In this document: in pieces, positions 13,161-27,900 of the stretch
Position numbering within the stretch: the first letter of the stretch is position 1
Layout: the number at the start of each line of letters is the position of its first letter
Assembly (NCBI RefSeq): GCF_963921235.1
Contig: NC_086097.1
Location: forward strand, 182,654,001-182,718,000
Direction: 5' to 3'
Origin: Mobula hypostoma
Taxonomy: Eukaryota
Length of the DNA: 64,000 bases
Made by a program: the position numbers and the translations under genes
The notes under the pieces: model-generated
What the model saw: only the letters and a program-made list of their open reading frames with translations
What the model was told of the DNA's origin: nothing
Databases searched by the model: none

Positions 13161-14709
13161 CTGCCACATCCAGGTCCACTCTGTAGTGTATCAGGTGGGT
13201 GTGCAGGTTGCCCAGCAGATTCTGCTGGACCCTGTTGCCATAGTTGAGCCCCTCAGGAGTGAAGAAGGAAGAGTGGATGTAGCCCGTGGCGTGGACCTTG
13301 ACCTCCAGCACCCCGTTCTGGTGGAAGATGAAGTCCCAGATATAGTCGTAGTTGAAGACAGTGGACGTGGTTCTCAGCAGCAGTACCTGACCCTCCACTC
13401 CAGCGTAGAAGTTGTAGCCTCCGTTATAATTATTGTTGAAATGCCTGCGGAGGGGGATCCCAGTGGGAAACTCGAATATGCACAGGGCGTTCCTGTAGCG
13501 TACAGGTTGGTCACTGTCGAAGAAGTGGTAGGTGTCCATGTAGGTGGCGAACTCCGGGCAGTCGATGCCCTTTGCCAGTTCGTATCCCATCACCCCCATT
13601 CCCCAGCCTGCATCCATGTACTTGGTCTGCATGGTGGCAGGGCTGTGGCCGGAGTAGAAGGCAACAGCTTCCTGTGGGCTGATCTCATAGGCGATGGGCT
13701 CACCATTGAACTGGATTTCGAAGAGCTGGATGCCCGTGGATGAACGGACTCGGAAGGCAAAGCTCCAGCCTCCGTAAAGGACCGAGTTCCCCTTCACCCA
13801 GTACCTCTGGCCATGTGGCTGCCAGGCCTGGGGCCCACGGGTACTGGTTTCGGTTTGAAAGTGTCCGCGAGGACGGTAGGAGGAGAAGAGGTTCTCCTTG
13901 TGGAGTTCAGGCAGTTTGACCGTAGCCACCAGTCCTCTGTTGTACTTCTCCACCAATTGTTCCATGCTGTCAAAGTACTGGCCATTGTACCAGACCTTCT
14001 CCACGGCCCAGAGCCTGGGGTCAGTACTCTTGTGGTTGAGCAGGATCTCCAAGCCAATCGGATGGATGAAGAAAGCGTCCACATCTCGCTGGATAATGAA
14101 CCAGGACTTTCTGTCCCCTGACCTCTCCCCTCTGGGGGCCACGTCGGTAAAGGTCAGGCAGAGGTCAGTGCAGTTGTGGAACCAGGCGCCGCTGATCTCC
14201 CTCAGCAGTGGGGTGGCCACCTTGGTAACCTGGGCCAGCTTCCTGTACAGGAGCTCGTGCTCGACCGATGTGGTGGGTCGGGACGAGAACTTGATGGAGC
14301 TGCTGCCTTTTGGCCTGGCAGGGTGGTGATACCGGGGCAGAGGCAGTGGGCCCACCACGTACTCAGTGACTCTGGGGACTGGCTCGGCACCAAAGAAGAC
14401 CACCACCCTGGCCTCGCGTTTTGGGGGACAGATGTATCCCTGCAGGAAATGGAGCACCTGCTGCTTTTTGGGGGGCTGCAGCTCGATGAGGAAGATGTAG
14501 TTTTTCCTGAGCGTCAGTGTTCTGGCAGATGAGAGGTTGAGATGCTTATGAGATAGCAGATAGTTCCTCACTGCCCGTATCTCGGTGACACTGAGGTCAG
14601 CGAACACAGAGGCACGGCGATAGTACTGGAGGGAGTGTGGAGGTGAGCTGGCTTCGCCCCACAGTGCCAGGCCCAGGGAGAGCCACAGCAGTATCACTGT
14701 GCCCAACAT
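13161..14709 (-). CDS. AOC1: AOC1 copy 1, large first coding exon (exon 2; 516 codons + 1 nt) of amiloride-sensitive copper amine oxidase / diamine oxidase
   Basis: ORF 12904..14709 has a signal peptide (MLGTVILLWLSLGLALWGEA), FTDVAPRG, the catalytic-Asp region KYMDAGWG, the TPQ motif TVFNYDYIWDF and copper ligands GNLHTHLIHYRVDLDVAG. Donor GCAG|GTGGGT at 13161/13160 (phase 1). Acceptor ctaac..ttccccctgcag| at 14764/14763 gives 54 nt of 5'UTR. Confidence 0.95.
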
Positions 14710-16023
14710 CGCCCCTCAGCTGGTACTGAAGATCACTTGTTACTCGTCTTCTCACAGCAGAGGCTGCAGGGGGAAGGCAACAAGTTAGTACGCCATTTTA
14801 TTTTATAGGGGGAGGGGGTAAGGTCTACACAGGAGAGCATTGTACATTTCAGAATTTCTCTTCATCCCCGAGTCCATACCAACAATTACCTTACCCACCC
14901 ACTCCCGCCATTCTCCACACATTCCCATCACCTCCACCCAGATTTCATTCCTCACCCACACGGAGTATGATTTACAGCGGTTACCCACTGACCTGCACTG
15001 CATCCAGTGAAAGGAAAGCAGAACATCCAGGAGAAGTCCATGTGGACACTGGGAGATTGTGCAAACTTGCACAGGGCAGTGCCAGAGTTTGGGATCAAGC
15101 CCAGATTTTTCTGTCCTCTGGCATGGTAAATATCGCCACTGGTTTCTGGAGTCAGAGTCGTATGGAACTGTAATGGATCATTCAGTCTACTGAGTTTATG
15201 CTGACATTATTGCTTATTGGTACTAATCCCACTTACCTGCATTAATTGGAATTAGAATTGGGTTATTATTCTCACATGGACTGAGCTACAAGGCAATGCT
15301 TAGTTTGCAGACTTGGTGCGGGGTGTGGTGGTGGTGGGGGAGTCATTAAACTGGAAAGCATGCAGAAAATGTTCATGAGGATATTACCAGGCTTGAAGAG
15401 CAGGAGTTCAAGGAGAACCAAGACTCCTGCATTCTCATCCAAATTGTTAAGGTGAATGACAAACAATAGCGATTCAGTATTGAGGGCTGTGGCATACGAC
15501 TGGTCGTAGATTTCCAATGTGAAAAGCAACCCCACCCTCCCCATGTACCAACACAAATACTTCATAAATTTTGCATTTGCACCCGCCCTTACCATTGTCT
15601 GGCAGCTCATTCCAGGTACTGACTACACTCTGTGTAAAGAAATTACCATCGCAGGTCACTTTTAAATCTCTGTGCTGTTGTAAATGTTCTCTAGTTTTCA
15701 ACTCCCGAGCCCTGGGGAGAAGACAATGACCATCCACTTTATCCATATCCCTCATGGTTTTATAAATTTTCATGAGGTTACCTCTCTTTCTACACTTCAA
15801 GGAATAAAGCTCCAGCGTGGCCGACCTCTCTGTATAACTCAGGCCTTCTGGTCCAAGCCTCATCCTTGTAAATAGACACTCTCCAGCTTGACAATGTCTT
15901 TCCTGTAATAGGGTGACCAAAACTGGACACTATACCCCCAGTGTGGTTTCTCTAATGATTTAGACAGCTGCAACATAACGTTGCTACTCTGAAATAGCAG
16001 ACCTGGATAGATTTTAATGGTTT

Positions 16024-19000
16024 AAGACCATAAGATTTTGGAGCAGAAGTCGGCTATTCAGCCCATCGAGCCTGCTCCACCATTCAGTTATGGGCTGATC
16101 CAATCCCCTGCCTTCTCCCCATGCCCTTTGATGCTCTGGCTAATCAATCACCACTCGTATCTCTGCCTAAAATACACCCAAAGACGTGGTCTCCACAACT
16201 GCTCATGGCAACAAATTTCATCGATTTACCACCTTCTGACTAAAGTAATTTCTCTGCATCTCTGTTCTAAATGGACACCCTTCAATCCTGAAGTCATGCC
16301 CTCTCGTCCAAGACTCTCCTACGATGGGAAATAACTTTGCCATATCTAATCTGTTCAGGCCTTTTAACATTTGGAATATTTCTATGAGATCCCCCCTCAT
16401 TCTCCTGAACTCCAGGGAATACAGCCCAAGAGCTGCCAGACGTTCCTCATACAGTAACCCTTTCATTCCTGGAATCATTCTTGTGAATCTTCTCTGAACC
16501 CTCTCTAATGTCAGTATATCCTTTCTAAAAATAAGGAGCCCAAAACTGCACACAATACTCCAAGTGTGGTCTCATGAGTGCCTTATAGAGCCTCAACATC
16601 ACATCCCTGCTCTTCTATTCTATACCTCAAGAAATGAATGCCAACATTGCATTCACCTTCTTCACCACTGACTCAACCAGGAGGGTAACCTATTGGATAC
16701 CCTGCACAAGGACTCCAAAGTCCCTTTTCATCTCTGCATTTTGAATTCTCCCCCCATCTAAATAATAGTCTGCCCTTTTATTTCTTCCACCAAAGTGCAT
16801 GACCACACACTTTCCAACATCGTATTTCATTTGCCACTTCTTTGCCCATTCCCCTAAACTATCTACGTCTCTCTGTTGGCTCTCTGTTTCCTCAACGCTA
16901 CCCGCTCCTCCTCCTATCTTTGTATCTTTGGCATATTTTGCCACAAATCCATTAATACCGTAGTCCAAATCATTGACATACATCGTAAAAAGCAACGGTA
17001 CCAACACAGACCGCTGTGGAACTCCATTGGTAACCTGCAGCCAGCCAGAATAGGATCCCTTTATTCCCACTCTCTGTTTCCTGCCAATCAGCCAATGCTC
17101 CACCCATGCTAGTAACTTCCCCGTAATTCCATGGGCTCTTATCTTGCTTTGCTCCTAATGTGCGGCACCTTGTCAAAGGCCTTCTGAAAATTTCAGTACA
17201 TCACATCTACTACATTTCCTTTGTCTACCCTGCTTGTAATTTCCTCAAAAAATTGCAGTAGGTTAGTCAGACAGGATTTTCCCTTCTGGAAACCATGCTG
17301 GCTTTGGCCTATCTTGTCATGTGCCTCCAGATACTCCGTAATCTCATCCCTAACAATCGATTCCAACAACTTCCCAACCACTGATATCAGGCTAACAGGT
17401 CTACAGTTTCCTCTCTGCTGCCTCTCACCCTTCTTAAATAGCAGAGTAACATTTGTAATTTTCCAGTCATCCGGTACAATGCCAGAATCTATCGATTCTT
17501 GAAAGATCATTGTTAATGCCTCCGCAATCTCTCCAGCTACTTTCTTCAACACCCGAGGGTGCGTTCTTTCAGGACAAGGAGATTTATCTGCCTTCAGACC
17601 ATTAAGCTTCCTGAGCACCTTCTCAGTCGAAATTTTCACTGCACAAACTTCACTTCCCTGACACTCTTGAATGTCCAGTATACTGTAGATGTCTTCCAAT
17701 GTGAAGACTGATGCAAAATATTCATTCAGTTCCTCTGCCATCTCTGTGTCTCTCATTACAATATCTCCAGTGTCATTTTCTATTGGTCCTATATCTACCC
17801 TCAACTCTCTTTTACCCTTTATATACTTAAAAAAGCTTTTAGTATCTTCTTTGATATTAGTTGCCAGCTTCCTTTCATAATTTATCTCTTCCTTCCTAAT
17901 GACCTTCTTAGTTTCCTTCTGTAAGTTTTTAAAAGCTTCCCAATCTTCCATCTTCCCACTAGCTTTGGCTTCCTTATATGCCCTCTCTTTTGTTTTTACT
18001 TTGGCTCTGACTTCACTTGTCATCCACGGTAGTGTCCTTCTTCCATTTGAAAACTTCTTATTATTTGGAATATATGTGTCTTACACTTCCCTTATTTTTC
18101 GCAGAAACTCCAGCCATTGCTGCTCTGCTGTCCTTCCTGCTAGTGTCCCTTTCCAGTCAACTTTGGCCAGTTCCCTTCTCATACCATTGTAATTTCCTTT
18201 ATCCCACTGAAATTCTGACACATTGGAATTTAGTTTCTCCTCAAATTTCAAAGTGAACTCGATCATATTGTGATCACTGTTCCCTAAAGGTTCCTTGAGC
18301 TTAAGCTTTCTTATCATCTCCGGATCATTGCACAACACTCAATCCAGCACAGCCGATCCCTTCAAGGGCTCAACAACAAGCTGTTCTAAAAAGCCATCCC
18401 TTAGATATCCTACACATTCTCTCTCTTGAGGTCCAGTACTGGTATGGTTTTCCCAATCCACTTTCATGTTGAAATCCCCAACGATTATCATATCATTGCC
18501 CTTCTGACACACCTTTTCTATCTCCTGTAATTTGTAATCCACATCCCGGTTGCTGTTTGGAGGCCTGTTTACAACTGCCATGAGGGTACTTTTATCCTTG
18601 CCATTTCTTAACTCAACCCATAGAGATTCTACACCTTCTGATCCTATGTCATCCCTTTCAAATGATTTAATGTTATTTCTTATACACAGAGCCACACCAC
18701 CCCCTCTGCCTACTAACCTATCTTTCCGATACACCATATATCCTTGGACGTTCAGCTCCCAATGGCTGCCAACCTTTAACCAGGTTTCAGAGATGGCCAC
18801 AATGTCATACTTGCCAATCTGTAGCTGAATTTCAAGATCGTCCATTTCATTTCTTATGCTACGTGCATTCAAATATAACATTTTCAGTCCAGCATTTTTC
18901 TATGCACCTCACCTCTATTGCCCTGTGAATCATCCCACTGGCTGTGATTATGCCTCATCTCCTGCCTGTCCTCTCTATCGCCTCTGTTGCATGCTATCTT

Positions 19001-19090
19001 TGATTTATTTCTGTTTTTCCCCTTCCTCACCCTATCATTCCGGTTCCAATCCCCCCGCCAAATTAGTTTAAATCCTCCCCAACAGCTCTA
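16024..19090 (-). mobile_element. 5'-truncated CR1 LINE with frameshifted ORF2 (endonuclease + RT)
   Basis: ORFs 18339-18881 (LYLNARSIRN, ISETWL, IVGDFN), 17193-18023 (QHGFQKGKSCLTNL), 16690-17103 (GVPQRSVL, YAKD) and 16218-16553. Tail AAGACCATAAGA. Confidence 0.9.
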
Positions 19091-20179
19091 TTAAATAGAG
19101 CTTACTGATAGGTTTTACTAATCAATGGCATAATTTTTAGTGATTGGTGTAGTTGAACCATCACTGTTGGCTCTACAGAATCCTCCAGTTCCACTGGCAG
19201 GTTAAGTGGACATTTGTCAATATCCTGCCCTGGGCCAACACCACCGTGTAAAAAAAATGTGCCTCCGCATATCATCTTTGAAGTTACATGCTCTTTCCTT
19301 AAATACATGTCCTCTGGTGTTAAACTTTTTGACCTTGGAAAGATGACAATATCAATACCTCTCGTAACATTATAAACCTGTAACAGACCACCCCTCCGCC
19401 TCCGCTGCTCCAGAAAAAACAACCCAAGTTGTCCAACCTCTCATCATAACCCAGGATCTCCAATCCAGGCAGCAGCCTAATTAACCTCTTCTACACCCTC
19501 TCCAAACCTTGACGTCATTCCTATAATATTGCGACCAGGACTGTACGCAATACTTCAGCTCCAGCCTAATTAGCTGCAGCACAACCTCCTGACTTTTGAA
19601 ACCAATGTCTTGACTAATTAAGGCAAGCCTGCCAGAGCTTGCTTAGCCACCTTATCAACGTCTGTGGCCACTTTCAGGAAGCTATAGACTTGGACCACAA
19701 GATCTTCAGTATTCTATCCAAAGAAGGGAGAAGCAAATCATTATTTGCACAAAGTGAGATTATAAAACATTAGGGAGGGCACTTGGAAAAATGCTGGGTT
19801 ACCAAACAAGGTCAACATGGTTCTGTGAAAGGCAAGATCATGTTTATAACGCAAGTTACAGCAGTTGGAGGATACTCGGCGCCTGAAAACTGCCTCACCA
19901 TGCAATATCATTATAGCTGATCCATGCTATTATCAGCTTCTCTCCTGTGCCAGTTACCCATCACCCTCAGTCCACAATCTTTCCTCTTTAAATTCCCCCA
20001 GTGACCGGACTGCACAACCTCCAGGGCACATTTTCCATCCTCTGCCAGAAGTTCCTAAGCACCGCACATTTGAACATTTGATGTACGTGTTTGGCTGAGG
20101 GGCCAATAGTGTGATACTATCATGGGTTTATGGCTCAATGCCCTTACGTCTGAATCCTCAGTTATTAATTACCAGCCCC

Positions 20180-21000
20180 AATCTTACACAAGTCTTCAGT
20201 GGATGCCATCTCTTTGGCCCTCCATTCATCCCTGGAACATCGGGAAAGTAAAGACACCTGCATTAGACTATTGTTTACCAATTACTTATCTAGCTTCAGT
20301 CCAAGCAAACTCTTCTCCAAACTGCTAGACCTGAGGCTCAGCACCTCCCTCCGCAAATGGATCCTTGATTTCCTGACCAACAGACTGCAATCAGTAAGGA
20401 CAGGCAGCAACACCTCTGCCACAATTAACCTCAGCACTAGTGCCTCACATGGCTGCTTCCTGAGCTCCCTCGTCTCCTCATAATGATGTGGCCAGATTCT
20501 GCTCTTATCCTCTGCAGAGCATACCACAGTAGTGGGCCACATCTCAAATAACGACAATTTGGAGAATAGGAATGTCAAAAAGATCATGGAGACTTGCTGT
20601 CATGACAACAACTCATGACAACAACCTTTCCTCAATGTTAGCAAAACTAAAGAGCTGGTCATTGACTTTGCAAAGAGAGTGCAGTGCACATGATGTTGTC
20701 TATATCAACAGTGTTGAGGTCGAGAGGGTTGAGAGATTCAAGGCCCTCAGTGAGAACATCACCAATTAAATGTTTAGTCCAACCACATAGATGCTACAGC
20801 CAAGAAAGCTCAGCAATGGCTCTACTTCCTCAGGAGGCAAAGGAAATTGGCTTGTTCCCTTTGATCCTCAGCAATTTTGTTCAATACACCATAGAAAGCA
20901 TCCTATCTGGGTGCATCACAGATTGGTATGGGAACACTTTTTCCTGTCTTGCTCAAGTAGCCAGCATAATGAAAGACTCCACTAATTATGGACATTCATC
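20180..21000 (+). mobile_element. Rex1/Babar-like LINE RT fragment
   Basis: DAISLALHSSLEH...IRLLF...KWILDFLTNRLQSVR; IESILSGCITDWYGN. Confidence 0.65.
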
Positions 21001-21989
21001 AATGGAAACATCTCAACGGTGACCCTGTTGTGTCATCTCAGGATCTGATATGTTTTAATAAGAATGTCTTGATGAACTTAAGACAGTACAGCACAGATAC
21101 AACATGATATCAAATTAAACTAATCCTTTCTATCTGCACATGATCCACATCCCTCCAATCCTGCACATTCATGTGTTTCCTAAAAGCCCCTTAAATGCTT
21201 TTATCCTATCTTTACCCATCAGCACCCCTGGCAACACATTCCAGACACCCATCTCTCTCTCTGTCGAGAAAACTTGCCCCACAAATCTCCTTTGAATGTG
21301 CACCCACTCATCTTAAATATATGTCCTCTAGTATTAGCCATTTCACTTTGGAGAAAAGATTCTTACTGTCTCCCTTGTCTACACCTTTCATAGTCTTATA
21401 AACCTCTAACAAGTCTCCATTGAGCCTATGACACCCCAGAAAAAAAACAACTTAACTTTGTTCAACTTCTCCTTATTGCTTATACTCTCGAATCCAGGCA
21501 GTATCCTGACTTCCATTGTCATGGATCAGAGATAATAGAATCCACCATCAGGAACCCCCACCACCCAGGAAATGCTCATTTCTCACTGCTACCATCAGGA
21601 AGAAGGTACAAGAGCTTCAGACCTCACATCAACAGGTTCAGGAACAGTTACTACCCCTCAACCATCAGGCTCTTGGTTCAAAGGGAATAACTTCACTCAC
21701 CCCATTATTAAAATGGTCCCACAGCCAATGGACTCACTTTCAAGGACTCTTCATTTCATGTTCTCAATGTTATTATTTATTTATTTATTTGTTTGTTTAT
21801 TAATTAATTATATCTTTCTTTTTGTATTTGCACAGCTTGTTGTCTTTTGCAGATTGGATTAATGCCCAAGTAGGTGTGGTCTTTCAATGATTCTGTTATA
21901 ATTATTATTCCATGCCTTTATTGTGTTTGCCAACAAGGCAATGAATCTCAGTGTTTTATATGGTGACATACGTGTTCTTTGACAGTAAA

Positions 21990-24900
21990 TTTACTTTGAA
22001 CTTCAAAGACCAGCATACTAAACATGTTGTTCAGCAGCCTGTCTATTTGCATAGCCACTTTCAGCAAAATGTGCACTCGTAGCAGGTCCCTCTGTTCTAC
22101 ATCAGTGCACTGCCATTCATTGTATAGGTCCTGCCTGGTTTGACTGTCCAAAATGCAGCACCTGAAGTCAATTGAAATCTTTTTCCCATTCCTTACTCCA
22201 TCTCCCTCAGTGATCAATATCTCTTTGTGATTCAATGTAACCTGCTTTACCCCTAATTTAGCACCACCAGCAAATGTGCTATTTGAGTCACCTATATGTA
22301 CGTATAAATCATTTACGTAAGGACTAAATAATGGATATCCCAGCGCTGACCCCTGGAGCACTACATGAATGACAGGCCTCCAGTCAAAGAATTGAACTTC
22401 AACCATCGCACTCTGCTTCCAAGCCAATCCGAATCCACCTCGCTCGCCCCCCTGAATCCCATGCAACCTAACCTTCTTGATTGGCATGTCATGTAGCACC
22501 TTGTCAAAGTCCATATGGACACATTCACTGCCCTACATTCATCTACCCCCTTAGTTACCTCTTTGAAAACTCCAACAGATTTGTCGGAAATATTTTTGCA
22601 TGCACAAAACCACGCTGACTATTCCCGATTCGGCCTTGAATATCCAAATGATGACAGGCTTGTCTCTCAGAATTCCCTCCAGTAACTTCCCTACAACTGA
22701 AGTCAGACTCACTGGCCTGGAGTTCCCTCGCCTGTCCTTGTTACCCTTTTTGAACAATGGAACAGCATTAACCACCTCCAGTCTTCTTGAACATCACCAG
22801 TGGATAAGGTGAATCAAACATCTTGTACAAGGGCCTCAGTGTTCTCTTCTCTGGCCTCCAACAAGGTACAAGGATGTAACTGATCAGGCCTTGTAGAATT
22901 GCCCAGCTTATTGCACTTCCAGGCTGCAAATACCCCCTTCTTTGCAATATGCCTATTATCTGCATTTCTTTGGCAGCCATGGTATCTCCCTAGTAAACAC
23001 TGAGGAAAAATAGACACTAAAATTCTCACCCATTTCCTGCAGCTCCTGATGGTTCAAATCCTTAGAAAGAGGTGACATAGGATCGGAAGATGTGGAATCT
23101 TTGTGGGTAGAGTTCAGAAATTGCAAGTGTAAAAAGATCCTGATGGGAGTTGGATACAGGCACCTGAACGGTAGCCAGTATGTGGAATATAAATTACAAT
23201 AGGAGATAGAACAGGTATGTAATAAGGGCATTGTTACCATGGTCATGGAGGATTTCAATTTGCAGATAGATTCGGAAAATTGCATTGGTGCTGGATCCGA
23301 AGAGAGGAAATTTGTAGAATGCCTACAAGATGACTTTTTAGAGCAGCTTGTAGTTGAGCCCACTAGGGAAAAGGCAATTCCTGATTGGGTGTTGTGTAAT
23401 GAACCAGATTTGATTAGGGAGAATAAGGTAAAAGAACTCTTAGTAGGCAGTGATCATAACATGATAGAATTCATGCTGCAGTTTGAGAGGGAAAGGGAGA
23501 GGAGCTGGCTACAGTTGATTGCAAGGGAACCCTTTGAGTGAAGAAGTTCCCCCTCATGTTCCCCTGAAACTTTTAACCTTTCACCTTAATCCATGACTTC
23601 TTGTTGTAGTCCTACCCAACCTCAGTGGAAAAAGTCTACTTGCATTTACTCTATCTCTACCTCTCATAATTTTGCTTACCTCTTTCAAATCTTCTCTCAG
23701 TCTTCTTTGTTCCAAGGAATTAAGTCCTAACTTATTCAATTTTTCCATATAACTCAGATCCTCCGGTCCTGGCAACATTCTGGTAAATTTTCTCTGTACT
23801 CTTTCAAACTTATTATGACCAAAACTGCATACAATAATCAAAATAAGCCTCACCAATGTCTTGTATAAATTCATAACCTACCCTTATTGGTCTTACCGAA
23901 GTGCAACACCTTGCATTTGTCTGCATTAAATTACATCTGCCATTTTTCAGTTCATTTTTCCATCTGGTCCAGATCCTGCTGCAAGATCTGATGGTCTTCC
24001 TTGCTGTCCACTACACCCCCAATCCTGGTGTCATCTGCAAATTTGCTGATCCAGTTAACCACATTATCATGCAGATCATTGATATAGATGGCAAACAGCA
24101 ATGGACCCAGCACCGATCCCTGCAGTACTCCACTTGTCACAGCCCCCAGTCAGAGAGACAACTGTCTACCACCACCCTGTGGCTTCTCCCACAAATCCAA
24201 TTTCTCATCCAATTTACGAGCCCATCTTGAATGCCGAGTGACTGAACCTTCTTGACCAATCTCCCTTACGGGACCTTTTCAAATGCCTTGCAGATGTCTG
24301 TATAGTCAATATCTATTGCCCTGTCTTCATCAACTTTCCTGGTAACTTCCTTGAAAGTCTTGATATGATTGGTTAGACATGATCTACTGTGCACAAAGCC
24401 ATGCTGACTATCCCTAATCAGTCCATGTCTATCAAATCCTCAAAGATCCATACCTTAGTATACCTTCCAATAATATATAGTATTCATGTCCCACCTTCCC
24501 TGGAATGGTGCACAATAATCCAAAATTCTGAAGCCCACTCTCTTACACCAACTCCTTAGCCACGTGTTTAATGTTGTTGAACGTGCTAATCTTCCTATTT
24601 CTGGCCACACTAGCATATGGCACATGTAGCAATCCTGATATCACAACCTGGAGATCTTTCCCTTTAACTTAGCACCTAACTCCCTGAACTGTGGAAGGCA
24701 GCTTTAAAAAAAACATAAGCAGAGAAAAGATGAAATATGAAGGCAAGGTAGTCAATAATATAAAAGTGGATCCCAAAAGCTTTTACAGATCCGTAAAGAG
24801 TAAAAGAGGCAAGTGATGATATTGGACTACTGGAAAATGACGCTGGAGAGGTAGTAATGGGGGACAAGGTAATGGTGGACAAATTTAATAATTATTTTGC

Positions 24901-27900
24901 ATCAGTCTTCACTGTGGAAGACACTAGCAGTTTGCCAGCAATTTGAGAGTGTCGGGGGGAGGGGGGGTGGTGGGAGAAGAGAGAGGAGTTGCTGTTACTA
25001 AGGAGAAGGTGCTCAGGAAATTTAAAGGTCTGAGATAGATACATCACCTGACCAGATGGAATACCTGTATACCCTTGGAGTCAGGAAGATGTTGTTGAGG
25101 AAATTATGGAGGCATTAGTAATAATCTTTCAAGAATGACTGGATTCTGGAATGGTTCCCGAGGACTGAAAAATTGCAAATATCATTCCACTCTTTAAGAA
25201 GACGGGGGACTGAAGAAAGGAAATTATAAGCCAATTAGTCCTTAGTGGTTGGAAAGATGTTGGAGTCCATTACTAAGGATGAGGTTTTGGGGTACTTAGA
25301 GACACATGATAAAATAGGTCAAAGTCAGCATCGGGGAAAATCTTGCCTGAGAAATCTGTTAGAATTCTTTAAGGAAATAATAGGCAGGATAGACAAAGGA
25401 GACTGAGTGGATATTGCTTAATTTGAATTTCAAAGTCCTTTGACAAGTAATGCACGTGAGTTCACTTAACAAGATAAGGACCCATGGTATTACAGGAAAG
25501 ATATTAACATGGATAGAAGATTGGCTGACTGCCAGGAGGGAAAGATTGGGAATAAAGGGGGCTCATTCTGGTTGACTGACAGTTACAAGTGATGTTCTGC
25601 AGGGGTTGGTATTGGGACTGATTCTTTTCACATTATAAGGATTTGGATGATGGAATCGATAGCTTTTTGGCCAAGTTTGCAGAAGATATGGAGATAGCTG
25701 GAGGGGCAGGTAGTGTTGTGGATGCCAGGAGTCTGCAGGAGGACTTGGATAGATTAGGAGAATAGGCAAAGAAGTGGAATATAGTGCAGGGAAGTCATGC
25801 ACTTTGGTAGAAGGAATATCAATTACACAGAGGACAGGAAATGTATGTTCCTGTTAGAAGGAAGGACATAGATGGAAACATTAGAGAACCTTGAATGTCT
25901 GGAGGGATGATGAATTTATTCAAGAAGAAAAAGGATAAGTATGTAAAGCTTTGGAAGTTAGGGTCAAAGGAAGCACGTGTGGATTATAAAGAAGCCAGAA
26001 AAAAATAAGTGGGGAATCAGAAAAGCCTGGAGTGGCCATGAAAAGTCTTTGGCAAGTGGGATTAGGATGTCTCCCAAGGCATTCTATACATACATCAAAA
26101 GCAAGAGAGTAACTAGAGAGTGAGTAGGAGAACTCAAGGATGAAGAGGGGAACATTTGCTTGAATATGAGTGAGGGACTCAATGAATACTTTGCTTCAGT
26201 ACTTACCATGGAAAAGGATATGGAGGACCAGGAGATCAGTGCCGAGTGTGTAAATACTTTAGGGTGTTTAGAGGTCAAGGAGGAGGAAGGGTTGGGCCTC
26301 CTAATGAGTATTAAGGTGGATGTCCCCAGGGACTGATGGAGGCAAGTTATTGAAGGAGGCAAGAGATGAGATGCCTGTGGATATTGTCAATATGGATTTT
26401 AGTAAGAAGTTCGACAAAGTCCCTCATGGGAGGCTAATCCAGAAGATTAAGATGAATGGAATCCAAGGTGAACTGGCTTGCACGTAGACAACAGAGGTGT
26501 TGGTTGAAGAGACTGATTCAAGCTGGATGTCTGTATTTAGTGGTGCTCTGCAGGGATCTGTGCTGGGACCTCTACTGTTTGTGATGTATATAAATATCCT
26601 GGATGAAAATGTAGATGAGTAGTTTGTAAATTTGCAGTTGATACCAAGATTGGTGGAGTTGTGGATAATGTATAAGACAGGCAAAGGAATACAGTGTGAT
26701 TTAGATCAGTTGCAAATATGAAGTTTAACCCCAATAAATATGAGGTGTTGCACCTCGGTAGGGTGAATTGGAAGGAGAAAGTATACTGTTAAGGGCCAGA
26801 CCCTTAACAATTTTGCTGAGCAGAGAGACCTTGGGCCTGAAGTTCATAGCTCCATGAAAGTGGCTGCACAGGTCGACAGAGTGGTTAAGAAGGCTAATGG
26901 AGCACTTGCTTTTAAATAGTTGTGGTACTGAGTTCAAATGTGAAGAGGTTATGTTGCAACTTTATGAAACTCTGTTTAGGTCACATCAGGAGTACTGCAT
27001 ACAGTTCTGGTCGCTCCACTATAGGAAGGATGTTGAGACTTTGGAGAAGGTGCAGAAGAGTTTTACCAGGATGCTGCCTGGTTTAGAGGGCATGTGTTAT
27101 CAAGAGAGGCTGGACAAATTTGGGTTGTTTTCTTTGGAGCAGTGGAGGCTGAGAGGAGAAGTGATAGGCATCTATAGAAGTGAGAGGCATAGATAGAGTA
27201 GACAGGGAGTATATTTTCCCCAGGTAGAAATGTCTAATACCAGAGGGCAGGCATTGAAGGTGAGAGGGAGAGGTGAGGCGTAAGTTTTTTACTCAGAGAG
27301 TAGTGTATGCCTGGAATGGTGGTAGGATCCAAAATATTAGAGGCCTTTAAGAGATCTTTAGATTGGCACATGGATGCAAGGAAGATGGAGGGATATGGAC
27401 ATTATATAGGTAGGAGGGATTAGTTTTTGGGGGTTCTTGATTTACTTTTTTGAAAGTTCAGCATGCCGTTGTGGGCTGAAGGGCCTGTTCCTGTGCTGTA
27501 CTGTTTTATGTTCGATGTTTGAATAACTTAGCCAGTGTTGGCTGGTTTAATGCAAGCCCAATTAATACCACTCCATTGTCTTACACTGCACCTCTTGAGC
27601 ATCAGCCTGGTACTGTGGCCCAGCAGTCTGTGCTCTGTAGACAGTGCTGTTTGTTTGCAAAGCTGGCCTTTTAAATTCAGACTGATTATTGCTTGCCATT
27701 TACATTAAAAACTGAAAACTGGCTCCCAATTATGACAAGAAGCTGAACAAAGAATATAGATTGGAAGTTTAACTTACTCAAAAATAACTCTGATCTCTAT
27801 GTGTCAGCTGCTTTGTTAGGAAGCCGAGCCTTTCAGAAAGGCCCCCCACCAGCCTTGTAAAGTGAATATCCATCACACTGTTCCTTTGCCTCTGTTCCAG

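Noticed and set aside
13161..14709. AOC2/AOC3 (VAP-1) identity
   Set aside because: The four-coding-exon structure with a 133 nt exon, FTDVAPRG, the C-terminal YNGTY and KCNH2 adjacency all fit AOC1 better.
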